Below, piece by piece: positions 13,201 to 27,589 of a DNA stretch of 64,000 bases; within the stretch, counting starts at the first letter, position 1, and every line of letters starts with the position of its first letter. The notes beneath the pieces were generated by a model that worked only from the letters and a program-made list of their open reading frames with translations, was not told the origin of the DNA and ran no database searches. A program made the position numbers and the translations under genes. Location of the stretch: NCBI GenBank assembly GCA_002633005.1, contig NMRA01000393.1, positions 329,833-393,832 on the forward strand, read 5' to 3'. Source of the DNA: Phoronis australis (Eukaryota; Animalia; Phoronida).

Positions 13201-15136
13201 GCTGACATTCACTGACATTTTGAAACATTCACAGGTTTTATATGAATCGTTTGAATACTCCATTGCAATTTGATGGCTGGTCGCAAAGAATTTATAAAAA
13301 TGCTGTAAATTTCCCTCCACTCAAGAATCCTGAACGTATTCCACAAACTACCCTTTAGCCTTCTGAAATTGTATTGGAAAATGGTGATCATTGGGGGCTG
13401 TGGCTGTCGCAATGGCCACACCCTTGTCCTTGCCCTTCCCCCGCGCTTTCTACAGCATTTACTGTATAGAACTGGGACCTACCTTGACACAGGAATAATT
13501 TGCTAAATACATTTAGTTCAAGTGTGCATCAAAAAATCAAGAAACAGTTAAACTGAAGATTAAAAACGATGATTGTCTTTATGACTAAGTCTGCAGTATA
13601 TGAAAAAATCCAAATATTACGCATATGATAATATTGATTGGTATTGAAAATTCTGTTTGGTGGTTGGTTGTTAAATCACTTTCCAACAAAATCTAAAACT
13701 GCGTGAGAGACAGGTCTTCTGTTACAGCATTCATTGTGTTGTAAGGAAGTTAATATGCTTCCCATATCATGTGACATACTGTACTTCCTAATACCCCATG
13801 CTGTGTTCCTGCCTGATAATAACCTGGGCTCTTCCTTCTTCAGTAAGTTACATTCATTTGCAATAATGCGTTAAAAGTGCAAGGTTGAAGGATGAAGGTC
13901 AGCAGAAATCAATAACCAATTAAAATTACACATAATAAGTACTAGACAATAATCACTAAGTACACAGACTTTCCTAGCAAAGAATGACAATTTTCTGATA
14001 TAGATTACCAGTTCAAATACATAACTTACATGTTACTTGACAGAGATAGACTTGGACAAACATTTGACATCACTTGCCATTCCCTTGTATGTTTTTCTGC
14101 TTGATTTTGCAGCTTTTAACAATTCTTGTGACAACATTAGCATTTCATGTGGGTGATGTTGAAACAACTGTTGGGAAATACCCGTGGCTGAAAGAAATTA
14201 GGATATAATAAATTTGTCCAACCTTCAATCAGGCAGATGTCACTTTCATCTTTGCATTTCAAGTAATTGTCCCTTGGATATTGAAATTGTTGTTGATAGG
14301 TGTGACTAGTTTGGCGGCAGTAAGTGTTACGTGTTTTGCAATATTGTGCACACACTGTGTTTGGATAAAAAAGAATACAATGGTTGTGCAAAGCAAGCTG
14401 TTATACCATTCATTCACAGCATGGTAACCATATGGTTTCTTGATCAAAAACAAGAAAAAGGAGAATTTTTTGATCTCAAAATCTGATGACGTTTAATTCA
14501 GTCAAGTTTCAAATTATTCTGGATGATGACACAATTTTGAGATTTGACTGATTTCTTTATAGAAATATTAAGTGACAGATCAAGTCAAAACTGACATCAC
14601 GTTTTTACAATGGGATAAAATCAAAATTCTTATCAAATGGGAAGAAACTAAAATAAAAGTAAATCATAACTGATTTTACTGTGATACATTAACTAATTTA
14701 AGTGTCTGTTCTTGTTAAACCCTAACGTTTTTTGAAAATGTCTTTGAAATATTTCCTGTCATTTCCCTGGGGCTGATGTCTGCACTCATGTTCCTTCTTC
14801 ATTTGTGGTGTTGAAACTGGTTTAAATCATCGATTGGAATGGAGTGTGTAAGCAGGTTTTCATAAAGAATCAATGGCTTGTTTATGATATGTAAACAGAC
14901 ATCTGTAACGGAGGAACTGGGTGCTGAAAGGGTAGAGACCGCCACCAGTAGAGACCGCCACCAGTAGGTTATCTTCTTTTCATTTGTTCTTCATTGATTA
15001 TCAATCGACTTAAGCATTAGAACATTATACCTGCATTATAGTGTTAATTAGTTGTCATACTCGGGCGAGGGAATACTCACTTTACTTTTAATGTGCTTAC
15101 ATATAGATGGTGCATTATTGCTGTTGTCTCTGTACC

Positions 15137-15507
15137 GGGTCAGGTGACACCAGAGGACTCCTCTGTAAGGGTTCAGGTGATACCAGAGGACTCTTATGTA
15201 AGGGGTCAGGTGACACCAAAGGACTCTTCTGTAAGGGGTCAGGTGACACCCAAGGCCTCCTCTATAAGGGGTCAGGGGACACCAGAGGACTCCTCTGTAA
15301 TGGATCAGGTGACACCAGAGGACTCCTCTGTAAGGGGTGTGGTGACACCAGAGGACTCCTCTGTAAGGGGTGTGCTGACACCAGAGGACTCCTCTGTAAG
15401 GGGTGTGGTGACACCAGAGGACTCCTCTGTAAGGGGTGTGGTGACACCAGAGGACTCCTCTGTAATGGATCAGGTGACACCAGAGGATTCCTCTGTAAGG
15501 GGTCAGG
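15137..15507. repeat. Minisatellite, ~11 x 33 bp
   Basis: ggtcaggtgacaccagaggactcctctgtaagg repeated; accounts for four overlapping ORFs. Confidence 0.95.
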
Positions 15508-17982
15508 CATCTTGCGCCTGGCATCCTCTGCTGCAGCTCTTGCCTGCAAAGAAAAACAAAATTGAGACTGGGGGACCCTGCGGGACCCTGCTGTTGTCCG
15601 ATTTGACCGAAAGTTCATTTGTGATATATTCTTCTCTGTGAAAGCAGGAAGGAACTTGGTAGATACAGAGCCACAGAAAAAATTGCTATCAAAAGGAACC
15701 CCTGCAGTTGTACTTGTCTGAAACGGATCGTCAGCCACGCACTTTCCAGTAGGAACACATACACCAATTTCCGTATCAATCCCCGGATTTGTGATGCACA
15801 TCATGGTGGGTGCATATCGATGTTCTGTGTTACTCTTGTTACAGGAGAAGACATGAACTGAGCTCATGCACATTCTATATTGTGGCGTATAGCCTCTTCT
15901 CTAACAAAAAATTTAAGCGCCTGTGTTCGTCTTCATCGCTGACCTCTATTTTCAAATATCCCAATCCAAGTGCCCTAGATACAGGCATTAATCTGGACAA
16001 CTACGGTATAACCCTGCCTTTGGATTCACAAGAGATTTTGATACTAATAATATAAGGTATAACTGTCTGAATTAGGATTTATAGTCTGGAAATTCTTGAA
16101 TAATACTGAGATCTATGTATTTATAGTTCTGTCTAATCCTGAGGTGATAAGCATGTTGGTTTGAGGAAACATTCTGGGAATATTCAAGGTTACCTGTCGT
16201 GTTCACGGAAGCTCCCACCCCCTATTTTTTATAATTTTCTCACTGCTCGGATAAGTGCCCACCCTGTACTTTGAGAATGTTCAATTGAAGCTGCATTGGG
16301 TAAGCCTGTTACTCATATAATCGTTAAACTTTCATTTTTATTAATCTTGTCAAGTCAAGACTGTGGACTAAATAAGTGAAGAATTACACAAACCGCCCTT
16401 GGGCCAAGCCTTGGGCACTTATCTGGATGAATACAGTATTTCACACTGAATGGTTTACTCCTGACAGATTGGTATGTTTTGATGGTAGATATTGCTACAG
16501 TTGCTGTGTTATCTTTAGGGATAATTATGACAGGTAGATTTAATCTGCTATCTTAGCATGTTTAGATACAGGCACCTGATAGTGTAACAATGGAGGTCAA
16601 GAAGAAATTGAGTTGAGGTCTGACAACAAATAGTTGTATAACATGTCATGTAAATGTTCAGCATTGGATATCAGCAAGAAACTTTTAGTGCACCATTACA
16701 CCCTACCACAGAGCTATAGGCAGAACTGAGTTGTTTGTCTGAAGTAATCACAGCTTAGCTGACAGCTCAAGGTATGAAAATATGACAATTGAATAAACTA
16801 GCCATTATGTCATTCAATTGTTCTTACATTGACATGAGCTGTCTTCTCAAGCTATGGTTCACTAGTGGCTGACAGCCCCCCCCCNTTCATTATGCAGACT
16901 GATGTTCTGAGGTCTTTTGGTCAGTATTTATGTTCCACATTCATCAACTGTGTTATCGGCTACTAAGAAACAGGACAATTGGCTATTAAAACACTGAGTA
17001 GTCTTTGTAAGATATGCATGGAATGCTAGAGGAATCTGCACAAATCTGGTGAATTAGCAGATGGTGTGTACTACAAGTATGTGACTAGAGTAATGCATAA
17101 AACATGAGAAAATGATGCAGCTGGGGATTGTGTTGATGTGCTCTAATAACCCAAGCAAGGCGTGTGAAAATGATATGAAATATGAGAACTGCAAAATGTG
17201 AGTTTAACTCGGTCACTTGTTCTTGGAGCATGGTGGGGAGAGAACCAAAGGCAAAATAGTTTTGCATTAAAGTATGATCCTAGTTTTTAGCATTCATCAC
17301 CTGGTGGTAATGTACACAACTGATATGCTGTAAAGCTGTGAAGTGCTTTTGGGTAATTTCACCCTTCATTAACTGCAGAATGCACTTGAGGGGAACATTC
17401 CAGTAACACATAAATGTTATTGTAGTTTGACATAGTAAGATAGTGTACAACTGCTGTTCACAGGGACTTGCACACTAGACATTTGTACAAAGCCAGCTTA
17501 ACACACTGGACATATGAAATGGAAAAGTTGTTACAGTGATATCTGCTTTTTAACATTTTGGATAGCTGTGATAAATAAAAATAACCATTTATAATTCATG
17601 GTTCTGGTTGTTATTAAATAGATGTTTGCTTGTGTCTTGTTTATTGGGGAAACATAGCGCTCAAAACAGGTGAAAATGTATGCTCACAAATATGAGTGAC
17701 GGCATATTTGCCACTCATTGATTTGGGCTTGTAAAAATTGGTGCCCCAAAAAAGGCCGAACGTCTGCTTGACGCCTATACAAGCGAAGTAAATTTTCTAC
17801 TTGAATTCTTTTTTCCATTGTTTTTTTAGCGTTTGCTCACTTATGTCAAACCCTGCATAATAACAATAATAATGATATGTACACGTGTCTTACCAGACTT
17901 ATTATCTTTTTTCTTTAATTTTAACCTGTGTACACAAGTAGCATACTACTAGTTTTTCAAGCAAAGATAACAATTAACTAAA

Positions 17983-18366
17983 GTTATGTACATAAAATAT
18001 TACCTCTGAGGATGAAACTAGTCAGTTAGTTGAAACAGCTGTGGGATCTTGTAAACAAGTCTGTCCATTTAGTAAAATATCTACAAAACTATAGATTTTA
18101 ACTTGGTAAAAGTATATATTTTCTAAAACTAGAAAGCCTATAGAATTGATTTTTTATCCATCTGCTCTTAATTGGTCTTGTGGCCATATCTTTTTAGTGA
18201 AATTTAGCATGTACTGTTTTTGTTAGCCCCTCATGTAAAACTAAAACATTTTAAAAACAATTTCTAATGTTGTAACATGGTATCTGAAATTTTCATATAG
18301 GAATTTGTGGGATATGATGTTCTGAAGTCAGATAAATTTGGCCATTTTATAGGTTCCTACACAAGC
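17983..18366. mobile_element. Non-autonomous DNA transposon with TTAA target site and GGTTATGTA-type termini (Kolobok-like), copy 1
   Basis: ctaa-agttatgta ... cctacacaagc-ttaa; body is reverse-complementary to 47821-48319. Confidence 0.6.
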
Positions 18367-18603
18367 TTAAAAGTGCCCAGCTATTCAGCTGTCCATAGTT
18401 AAGTTAGATTTCAGGGAGTTCCACTATGTCACACAAGAATGGATTGATTTTTTTATACTTCTTGAGTTGCCTTTGCATGAAAAGTAAGTCCCACTAAGGT
18501 ACTGTAAATGCTCGGGTTAATGCCCAGGGTGGTTAAATTGGCAAACCCAAAAATTCGGTAGTTTTGGGATCAGAATATATTGTGGAAAAACAAACTAATG
18601 CAT

Positions 18604-18867
18604 CAGTACCAACCACTGCCAGTACCAACCACTGCCAGTACCAACCACTGCCAGTACCAACCGCTGCCAGTACTAACTGCTACCAGTACTAACTGCTACC
18701 AGTACTAACTGCTGCCAGTACTAACCGCTGCCAGTACTAACCGCTGCCAGTACCAACCGTTGCCAGTACCAACTGCTGCCAGTACCAACCGCTGCCGCCA
18801 GTACCAACCACTGCCAGTACCAACTGCTGCCAGTGCCAACCACTGCCAGTACCAACTGCTGCCAGTA
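18604..18867. repeat. Minisatellite, ~16 x 16 bp (cagtaccaaccgctgc)
   Basis: Seen directly. Confidence 0.95.
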
Positions 18868-20965
18868 TAACTGCTGTCTTTCGATTTAGACTGGATTAAA
18901 ATTCTGTTGCTGTAATTCTGAATGCAAAAATCTATCCTGCTAAGCATTGTCTTGTGTGACTTGAAGCATCCGCGTGACTTGGCAGTTGTGAGAAGGATTG
19001 TCCACTTTAATTCTTGGAATTTATTTTGAATGAAAGTGCTTGAGTCAGGACAATGGCAGTGGAAACTCTGGTGGAAGTCGGCTGGGATTTTGGTGCATAA
19101 GTTGACCGTCAAACTTACAGTGTACAGGGTAAAAAATTTCGAAATATCAAATATGTCGAAGAATATTTGTCCAGCCCGTGTTTCTAAAATTGAAAAAGCT
19201 ATGAGATTTCTATGAGTGGAAACAAGTTTGAAGATAATTATAGGTTGCTGGCTGTGCTAGAGTTGTGTTTTGGACCAATCACAATAGAATGGTGCTTTCG
19301 TTAATTAAGCCAGCTGTGTTATCAGAAATGAATACTTGTGTGAGAGTGGTCTCCGCTATGTTTCACACCACAGTGGTGAGGGTACGACTTTCACGTTTTT
19401 GATGGGGGCAATTCCAGAATACATGACAGTGAATTGATTTATTTTAACCATGTTGGGTATATACAATCTAGCTAGGTTTTGCTGGCCAAATGTTGCGAAA
19501 TGTGTCTGTCTATTGGTCCATGCCTGCATCAAAGCTGGTCTGTTTTGGTTTCTAAAACAGAACAATTATGAGTTGGTTTCATTGAAGTTCACCCGCTCTC
19601 AGTGTTACCTGCACTTATCTGTAGTGTTTAATTACTATTTCAGCCAGTTGATGGCCAATAGATTCCAACAGTGCAATCCCACAAATGGACACTGTGAATA
19701 AAATCAATGAACAATTAGACATTAACAGCTAGTGACTCATCAATATACTTTTTATTGTGGACAAGCCATACAATCAAAGAACACAATTTAAAACTGAGCT
19801 AAGTGTCTTTTTGGCTTATGGGAATTGTCACAAACACTGTGTAATGTGACATTTTGAGTAGAAACTATGACCTTTCATTTGTTGTTTTTCACATTTTCAA
19901 TGGGTGACTCAAAATTCTCTAGCTCGCAATAAATAAATAAAAGTTTTGCCCATAAGAATGCCAGGTCTTTGTTTTTGTTGAATAACAAAGATATCTGGGA
20001 ATTAATTACAGATTCGCTCTTGGTTGCTGGGATAGGTAACTTGGCCAGCAGAGATCTTTAGTTGTGCAAACAGCTAAAAAAAACAGCTGATTAGTGTTGT
20101 AGTAATGATTTGTTTGCTCTTGAAAACATTTGTTTAAAGCTTAATTTATGCTATGACTATGATGTTCATATTATACCTTCATTGATATAGAAATACTATG
20201 CCAATGAATTAAGAATTAAAATTTGAAATCTCAAAACCACCAGGCTACCATGACGACATAGGTATAAGAGCTTCCAGTGAACATTAAGCTGATAGATGCT
20301 CCATACATGGCTTCATTTAGAGTTTCAAAAAAGAATTGTTGATTCAAAATTTTTTGAAGTCCATGTACATCTTGGCAATACTCAGTATCTAAAACATTAT
20401 GTTAATCATTGATGATGACTGGCTGTCAATCAAACTTGAGTCACACTTTGCCAACATGGTGATTAATGTTATAGATTCCAATCCCTTCCCCATGTGATCA
20501 GATAATTCCATCCCACACTGTTTGTGTTGGGTGAGTCACCTTGTTTGCTCCACAGGCCTGCTGTGCCAAACACTTGGCACATTGCTACTACTAAGTATGT
20601 GTCATCCAGCAGTCACTGGCCTTTCTGATGACTGAACAGACACCTTCAGCATCCAATGTCCAATATTAAGGATGAAATCTGATAACTCAATACAAAGTTC
20701 AGGAGTCATAAAGAAACCTCTGTTCATGAAAAACACTTTTTCCTTGAAATACAGAGATATATTTACGTTTTTCCAAATTTCTAAAATGGTGCTTAACATG
20801 TTGAGAAAAAGCCAGGTGCATCAAATTTCCGAGTTTTGGAAGCTTCTTGGAGTAGAAAATCAATTGTTTTTGACGCTACGTTCAGTAACTACACAGGTCC
20901 CTGGTTATCTTGGAAATTCATTTTTTCCTGTTAATCTCTATGTGTGTATTTACTACCTCTGGTTC

Positions 20966-21265
20966 GACACAAGCTCGTCATCTTAATGCTGCATCAAGTT
21001 GTCCCACGACACAGGCTCCTCATCTTAATGTTGCATCAAGTTGTACCATGACACAGGCTGGTCATCTTAATGTTGTATCAAGTTGTCCCATGACACAGGC
21101 TGGTCATCTTAATGTTGCATCAAGTTGTCCCATGACACAGGCTCCTCATCTTAATGTTGCATCAAGTTGTCCCATGACATAGGCTCGTCATCTTAATGTT
21201 GCATCAAGTTGTCCCATGACACAGGCTCCTCATCTTAATGCTGTGTCAAGTGGTCCCGTGACACA
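20966..21265. repeat. Minisatellite, ~7 x 42 bp
   Basis: gacacaggctcctcatcttaatgttgcatcaagttgtcccat repeated. Confidence 0.95.
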
Positions 21266-21489
21266 AATCCAACACTTACATTTGAGGGTTTTGTTATCCC
21301 TACACCTAAGGTAGCCTGAGCCAGACAATGACTAACCTGTCCTAATCAATTCACAAATTAATCCTCCTGGTTTAGGCGCGATACTGAAAACAAGCTATTC
21401 GCTAATTTTTCTTTTGCCGGTTTCAAAAATTCAAAGACAGCTACTATTTACTTTTCATTTCTAAAAACAGTTATGTTAGTCATTTGCCT

Positions 21490-21658
21490 TTTAGATTGGT
21501 CGTTTTTTTGGCATTGAAAGTTGTAAGCTAAATAGGCGTGTTGGTTTACGGCCGCAATCATCTTATCCAGCACGTTCAGTCAATCTCAGCGACTAGCTCA
21601 CTTAATACGTGACGGCGCCATCAAGCCGAGGACTTCGCTGAATCCTGTTAGGGTAAGA
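21490..21658 (+). promoter_or_regulatory. Candidate promoter and non-coding first exon (~21578..21652)
   Basis: Local CpG enrichment, reverse CCAAT (GATTGG ~21494), Inr-like TCAGTC at 21576, ATG-free segment ending at donor AGG|gtaaga at 21652/21653. Confidence 0.5.
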
Positions 21659-24380
21659 TTTGTCTAATGCATTGAGGAAATTAATACCCCATTCGCAAAG
21701 TGTCTAAAACTCTATTGTTTTCTTTAGCAATTTTACTAGTCGCAAATATGGCAGTCTTGCGTCACTTTTGTTGGAGCTGTACTGGAGATTTGTGTTTCCC
21801 CTAAACTGTTGGCGTATTTGCTAAAACTTTTGTAGTCAGACCTTTAACCAATTCATGGAAGAGAGTGATCCAGCTCCTGTTTGGACTTTAAAGCCACTTC
21901 AGGGTGGAAAGGAAAGGAACTATCTGCCGGCGAAAATGACCCCTAATTGTCTGTCTGGCTAAATCGCTAGCATTTTCGCTTGCTAGGGTTTTCGCAAATT
22001 CTGTGATAATGTCCTACTCCCTAGTGAACACAGTCTGTGCAGGTCACTTGTTTTTGTTCAGTGTCAGGGAGTGCAGAACCAAGCTAGTGACCCTTAGTCA
22101 GGACCATTTCCATCATGTCCTATTGCTTTATCGTTAGCTTGGTCCTAGCGTTACTGAACGCACGCCAGGTATGGGGAGTGGCTCCAAGATCGGAGATCAT
22201 TACAGGAAGAACAACCCCAGTCTACAAATATATCAGTGAATGGTTGGTCCTGTTGGACTCTTACTCCTTCAACTCATGGGTGAACAAGCATTATTGTAGA
22301 TGAAGAGAAATCTTGTTTCAAGAATGATTCAATACTTTACACCCACACGGTTATTAATACTTGGATTTTTACCCAAGATACAGTATATATGTAATTAGAC
22401 TATTGGAGACTAGATGGTTGTCTTTACTAAATAATGTTATCACTAAAATTAGCTCAGCAAGTTTGTTGACACAGAAGGGAAAGGTTTACATAAATAACTA
22501 GTATTGGAATAATCAAGGTATTTTGTGAAGTATCTCGATAACAAGATTCAGCGGATGTTCTTTAATAAGGATTGTGGGAGATGCATTAATTTACAGCTGG
22601 GAAATAGTTTTTCAGAAAATTACGATGTTTTGTGGACCTCATTGCCACAAACATTGCCACATAGCTCAGTTTATTCCATGTCTACACCCAAACCAAGTAT
22701 TCTGAACACAGATCATTAGTGGATCAGTGTCTTTCTAATATATTTGTCCACATTAGAAGTTAAATAAACAGGACACACTCCTGTGTTGAGACTAAGCCCA
22801 ATGGGAGAGATTGTGGCATGCTGATACTTGACAGAAGCCACTAATGAGACACAGTACTGATAATCATAAATGGAATAATTTAGTTAAAGGATTATGGATT
22901 ATGTCACATTTCTGCTACAAGTTGGATTCCTGGGAGTTGCCACTACAGCTAATGCTGGAGTGATATCTGACACTTGGCTCATGCTGGATTAAACCAGCAT
23001 ACTAGATCTGTTGGTAAGTTTGTGCCAACCACAAGGTGTCACTTTGATCAATCGTTTGGTGTTAATTTAAATCATTTGTCATTCAGAAAATTATATGCAC
23101 AGAAATAAAAAAGCATGCAAGGCAGACTTAGGGATGCCTGGGCTCCCAAAACATTGATGGATAGTGATGGAAAGGCTGTTGCAGATGTTTGTCCGTTCCA
23201 CATTGTGGTCAGTACCCCCCCCCCCTGGGTTGGCAAAAGTACACTGGCCCCTGTGGCTGTGACAGCACTTATGTCCTGCCTCATTCCTTGTGTTTTGGAG
23301 AGACACATGCTTCCCTGTTCATCACTAATGTGTATTTCACTTCATCAGTTTCATTTCTTGGTTCACACTAATGGCTTTTGAGCACTTCATATCTTGCTCA
23401 CCATACCATTTGTTATATTTCCATTATTTTTTATAACTGCCTACATGCAGAAGTCCCGTGACTTGTCTGTAGGTTATATATCACTAGTCTACAGCATTGT
23501 TCTACACAGGGTTTGGTATTTCAAATGCCATTTACTGTCTCAAATTTAATGTAAGGAAAAATGCTTCATATCAACATTGATATTTATTTATATCATGCTT
23601 CATGATTTCTAACAAAGTGTTTGTAAACACGAATAGTTTGCATGCTTGGAGTCATAACACAGTTTCCATGAAAACTGTGCTGTGGTGCTTATGGCTTGGA
23701 ACATTTTTGCCTTTTATAAATTTTTTCTTGTCAACAGAAGTTTTATGTCGGCTACTTTGGTTATCCGTAAAAAGTACTTGAATGGCAGCGAACCTTTGCA
23801 TTTCTCAAGAGCTCCTCCTTGGTTACTGCCAGCACACCACATTGTCAGCAATCTACTGGCTGCAAGGGACAGTATCCCAATCTATGATTTTTGAGTGCAG
23901 GTAACATGAACTTTAAACCATAGACAGTCAATTAACCTCAGCTGCTGTTCATTACCTGTGAGAGTATAGCCTTGACCCCTTGCTTTTTATAGGTGGGCGT
24001 GGCCACGTGTTGGTTGTAAGCAAGCAGTAGCAATTGGGTAGGCAAAGATATGATTAACATTTACCAGGTCATGATTTTGCTTTGTAGATATTGAGTGCAG
24101 TCTGGGGTTTAAGAATACATTCTAAACTATGTTACTTTGTCCGGGGCGCAAGTACAAAAAATAGGATACTCCGCGCCCATTTAAAGAATTTACTCAAAAA
24201 GGATTTCCTTAGGGAAAGTCGTCCTTATTTAGATTTTTACTAGAAACAGCACTCTTTTCTTGGGAATCTATAAATTTTACCTCTTTGCAGAGTTTTTAGA
24301 TGGTTGGACATTTTTAAGCTATTTTTAAAGCAAGTTATGAAGACGAGTAAATTATGTTGTCAAAAAGTTTCAAAATATTG

Positions 24381-24546
24381 CATAGTCGGAAACAGGGGAG
24401 GGTTCTAGGGGGTCCGGTCCTCCTTTTTCCCTTGATTGTAATGATACAAAATCTAGAATTTTCAAATTGTTGACTTGGACCTCTCTTATTAAAAACATCC
24501 TTATTTCCAACGCACCCCACTTTTAAAAGATCTTGGATTCTCCCCT
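24381..24546. mobile_element. Decayed short MITE of the CAGGGGCGGATCCAG...CTGGATCCGCCCCTG type, apparently nested in an older repeat (~24140-24750)
   Basis: catagtcggaaacagggg...gggggtccgg at left, cttggattctcccctg at right. Confidence 0.45.
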
Positions 24547-26769
24547 GTATTGATACCCTTGTGGAAAATATTGTTGTTTGAAAAAAAGAACCTTTTGTAT
24601 GGTTTTGAACTCTCAAATTGAACTCTTTAGTAGGGTATTTTAATTTTAACCTAAAAAGCGAAAATGGCACCCTTTTCCAAGGAATATTTTCAGACTACAG
24701 CATTCTTTTGTAGGGTAATGTTTTCAGACTAAGGCACCTTCTCCTAGGGCAATGCTGGTTGTAAGGCAAGCTATTGACTGGCTATAAATGTTGTTGTTAG
24801 CAGTTGAGTACCAGGTGTCTGCAGTTGGAAGTAGGATGCATTAATTGTCAGATAACTGTAACCATGGAGGACATGGCCACTGTTGCCTTATTCACACCTT
24901 GTCAGTGCCAGTAATACCATTCTGTGGTTGGTTCATGCTTGCAGTCAGCAGGGCTGTCCAGTAATAAATCCCTTTAATTTTTAAGCAGCTATGATCACGT
25001 GCATAGAATATTAATCCTGAAGAGGTGTTAATGTTACTGAAAGTGACATGTTCAAGTTGACTTGTGTACGGTAATGCTCTGAGTGTAGATGTCAACTGAT
25101 GCTGTTGTCAGCATTTAAGTGTTTTATTTCAATTTAGTTGTTTCCAAGATAACTACAAAACAAGTGCAGGACCAAGGCATTTTCCAAATATTTATTCTGG
25201 CCACTCTTTTAGCAAAAATTAGGTCAATTGTCAAGGTCAGCTGGCAATGACAATCGATTTGTGTCATGTGATTTGTTATTTTGCTCTAAATTTCATCACT
25301 TGAGAGACTTATGTCCCGATTTAACCCACTTGTTGTTATGACTAGAGTTGATATCACTATATTTAGTTTGATTACAGTTCACTGCGATGAATAGGAGTAT
25401 AGCAAAGTTTGTAAATAATTATTATGGAATAGTTAAACTGCTGCACATGTACATAAAATGTAATCCTAGGAAAGGTAAAAAATAAAGAGCTGTTTATCGT
25501 CACTACCCGTGCCTAAAATGTGCTGCCACAAATTTGTCGTGGTTATTCCAAAAATTTCTTTTATGACATGCTACACATTACAAGCTATGTGCTTCGTCTT
25601 TGCTTTTCTGGAGAAATTTATTAAAATAGAATTTCTTTTGTTTATTGGTCAGACTGCTAAATACGTACTATGTGTTAACGTCCCGTGTTCTGCTTATCGA
25701 CACATTAAAAATCGGTTTTACGGTAGAAAATGCATTTTTTGGATTATTGTTTTATCGGATAGCTTTGACCAGAGCTAACATTTTAATTCCCGCTGTTATT
25801 GCCACCCATTCAGTGAAACCAAGGCCTGTGCACTTAAACTACACTGCCATTTATTGAGTGAGATTGAAATCAGTTAGTAAAGCATTGACCTATGGCCGCT
25901 GAGCTTATGGGTTGGATTCTGCATTGAAGAAAACCACTTTTTCTGCCGAGAACGTTGCTTTGAACCCAAATTTTCCCTTTTAAACACTTACATTTGCCTT
26001 CCCCCCACTTCAATGTATACTATCAAGATTTTCTGGAAAGTACTGTGTCATTATAATATGGTGCATATATTATCTCCCAAACAGCAGGAAACTAGTTTAC
26101 CTTTATTTAACCACCATGAGTGTCATTCACACCATGTCTTATTCAGGTGGGAAACTACCTACAGTCTTCAGCTTTGTTTTATTTGGATACTCATGTTTTA
26201 TTTGATATAAATGTATAGCTCCCTAGGCATTTACTGAAATCGACCATTTGGGCAAACGCTAATCCCAATTTACTAAAAAAGTCATATTGAATGTCATTGC
26301 TCACCTTAACGTAATGGCCACTCTCTGATTTTTAAAGCTGCAATTTTCCTTGTTCAAAGCTAACAAATAAACATAGAATTTATGGTATTTTACTATTACC
26401 AGTCAGTCTTACTGTTACAGGATTACTTTATTTCTACTACAGTGAAAAAAATTTTCAGTTTGATACAGTCAAAAAGTAATTATTTTGGTCAAGAAATACG
26501 TAAGGCAATTGGCTGTCCTAAACTCTAGAATCATGAGAAGATATATTTTGTGTTGGCATCAGCTATTTCCGATGATTTTGTCTCTTTGTTGATACAAAAT
26601 GCAGGGTCCAATATTTGAGAATTACCCATGTCTGAATTTTCTGAATCAGGAAATTTAATTTTGGCTTGAATTTCACTGTCACATATTTTAGAAACTTTTC
26701 AGAACTAGAGAATGTTTACCATAGAACATCAAAACTGTCAGCAACTCAAGAAAACACTTTAGAGTTCAT

Positions 26770-27106
26770 TGAGATTGGCCAACTTTAAAAATGGTGCGTG
26801 TACGCACTGCCTTGCGTCTTGGATTGGTAACAAAAATTCTGTTGTGGTAAGTAATATTTGGAGACCGATTTTATGAAAGTAGAATTTTTAAATAGAATTT
26901 CTTTTTTTAGCTAGCTTTTTTGGACGAAATGCAGCTTTAAATGCCGTGGACACCTTGAATGAATATGACGTAGGTGAGGAAATAATGATCAGTGATCTTT
27001 ATCTGTCTAGAATTAAAATGTTGTTCATATTTTTATATTTCAGGTTTAGTGTACTGGTATACAGCTAGAACTTAACTTCATCTCTCCTTACATTCAAGAG
27101 GTGTGT
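26770..27106 (+). promoter_or_regulatory. Candidate promoter with short 5'UTR exons (..26846; 27044..27100)
   Basis: Two GATTGG boxes flank the near-palindrome TGCGTGTACGCA. Donor GTG|gtaagt at 26847, acceptor ttttatatttcag at 27043, donor GAG|gtgtgt at 27101. Confidence 0.35.
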
Positions 27107-27589
27107 ACTGCTGAGCTTTGAGATTTTACTGGGATAGCAGCTCGCTTCACTTGAAGTATAGATATTGACTTTGTCAAATTGTGAAATTTACATTTCATGT
27201 TTGATTGTAATTTAATAAGCCATAGGATGGACATGGGCTTGTCAACAGTGATCAATGCCAAATTCTTAAATGTTGAGATTCAAGTATATAAATATGACAA
27301 CCGCCTGACGACACAGATATATTAAAAAACTGAATGCTACAAGCATTGCACAAATGGACCTCTTGTGTTTTAATCTTATATTTTAGTCTGTAACTAGTAA
27401 CACCAATTTTATACACCAATGTATTTAGATGTGGGTGTATAATGAATGAAATTTTACAGACATATAGCTCTCTTAGATAGGAGAGCATAAATGAATTTCC
27501 TGACAGTTTCAACTAACGATGTGAGACAATGCCATCTTCTTGTTTTCATATGAATTCCACATATTCTGTGGCTAACTTAAAGACCATGG

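Noticed and set aside
15048-15873. Four overlapping repetitive ORFs of 152-203 aa
   Set aside because: All arise from a 33-bp minisatellite open in several frames on both strands; no splice or domain support.
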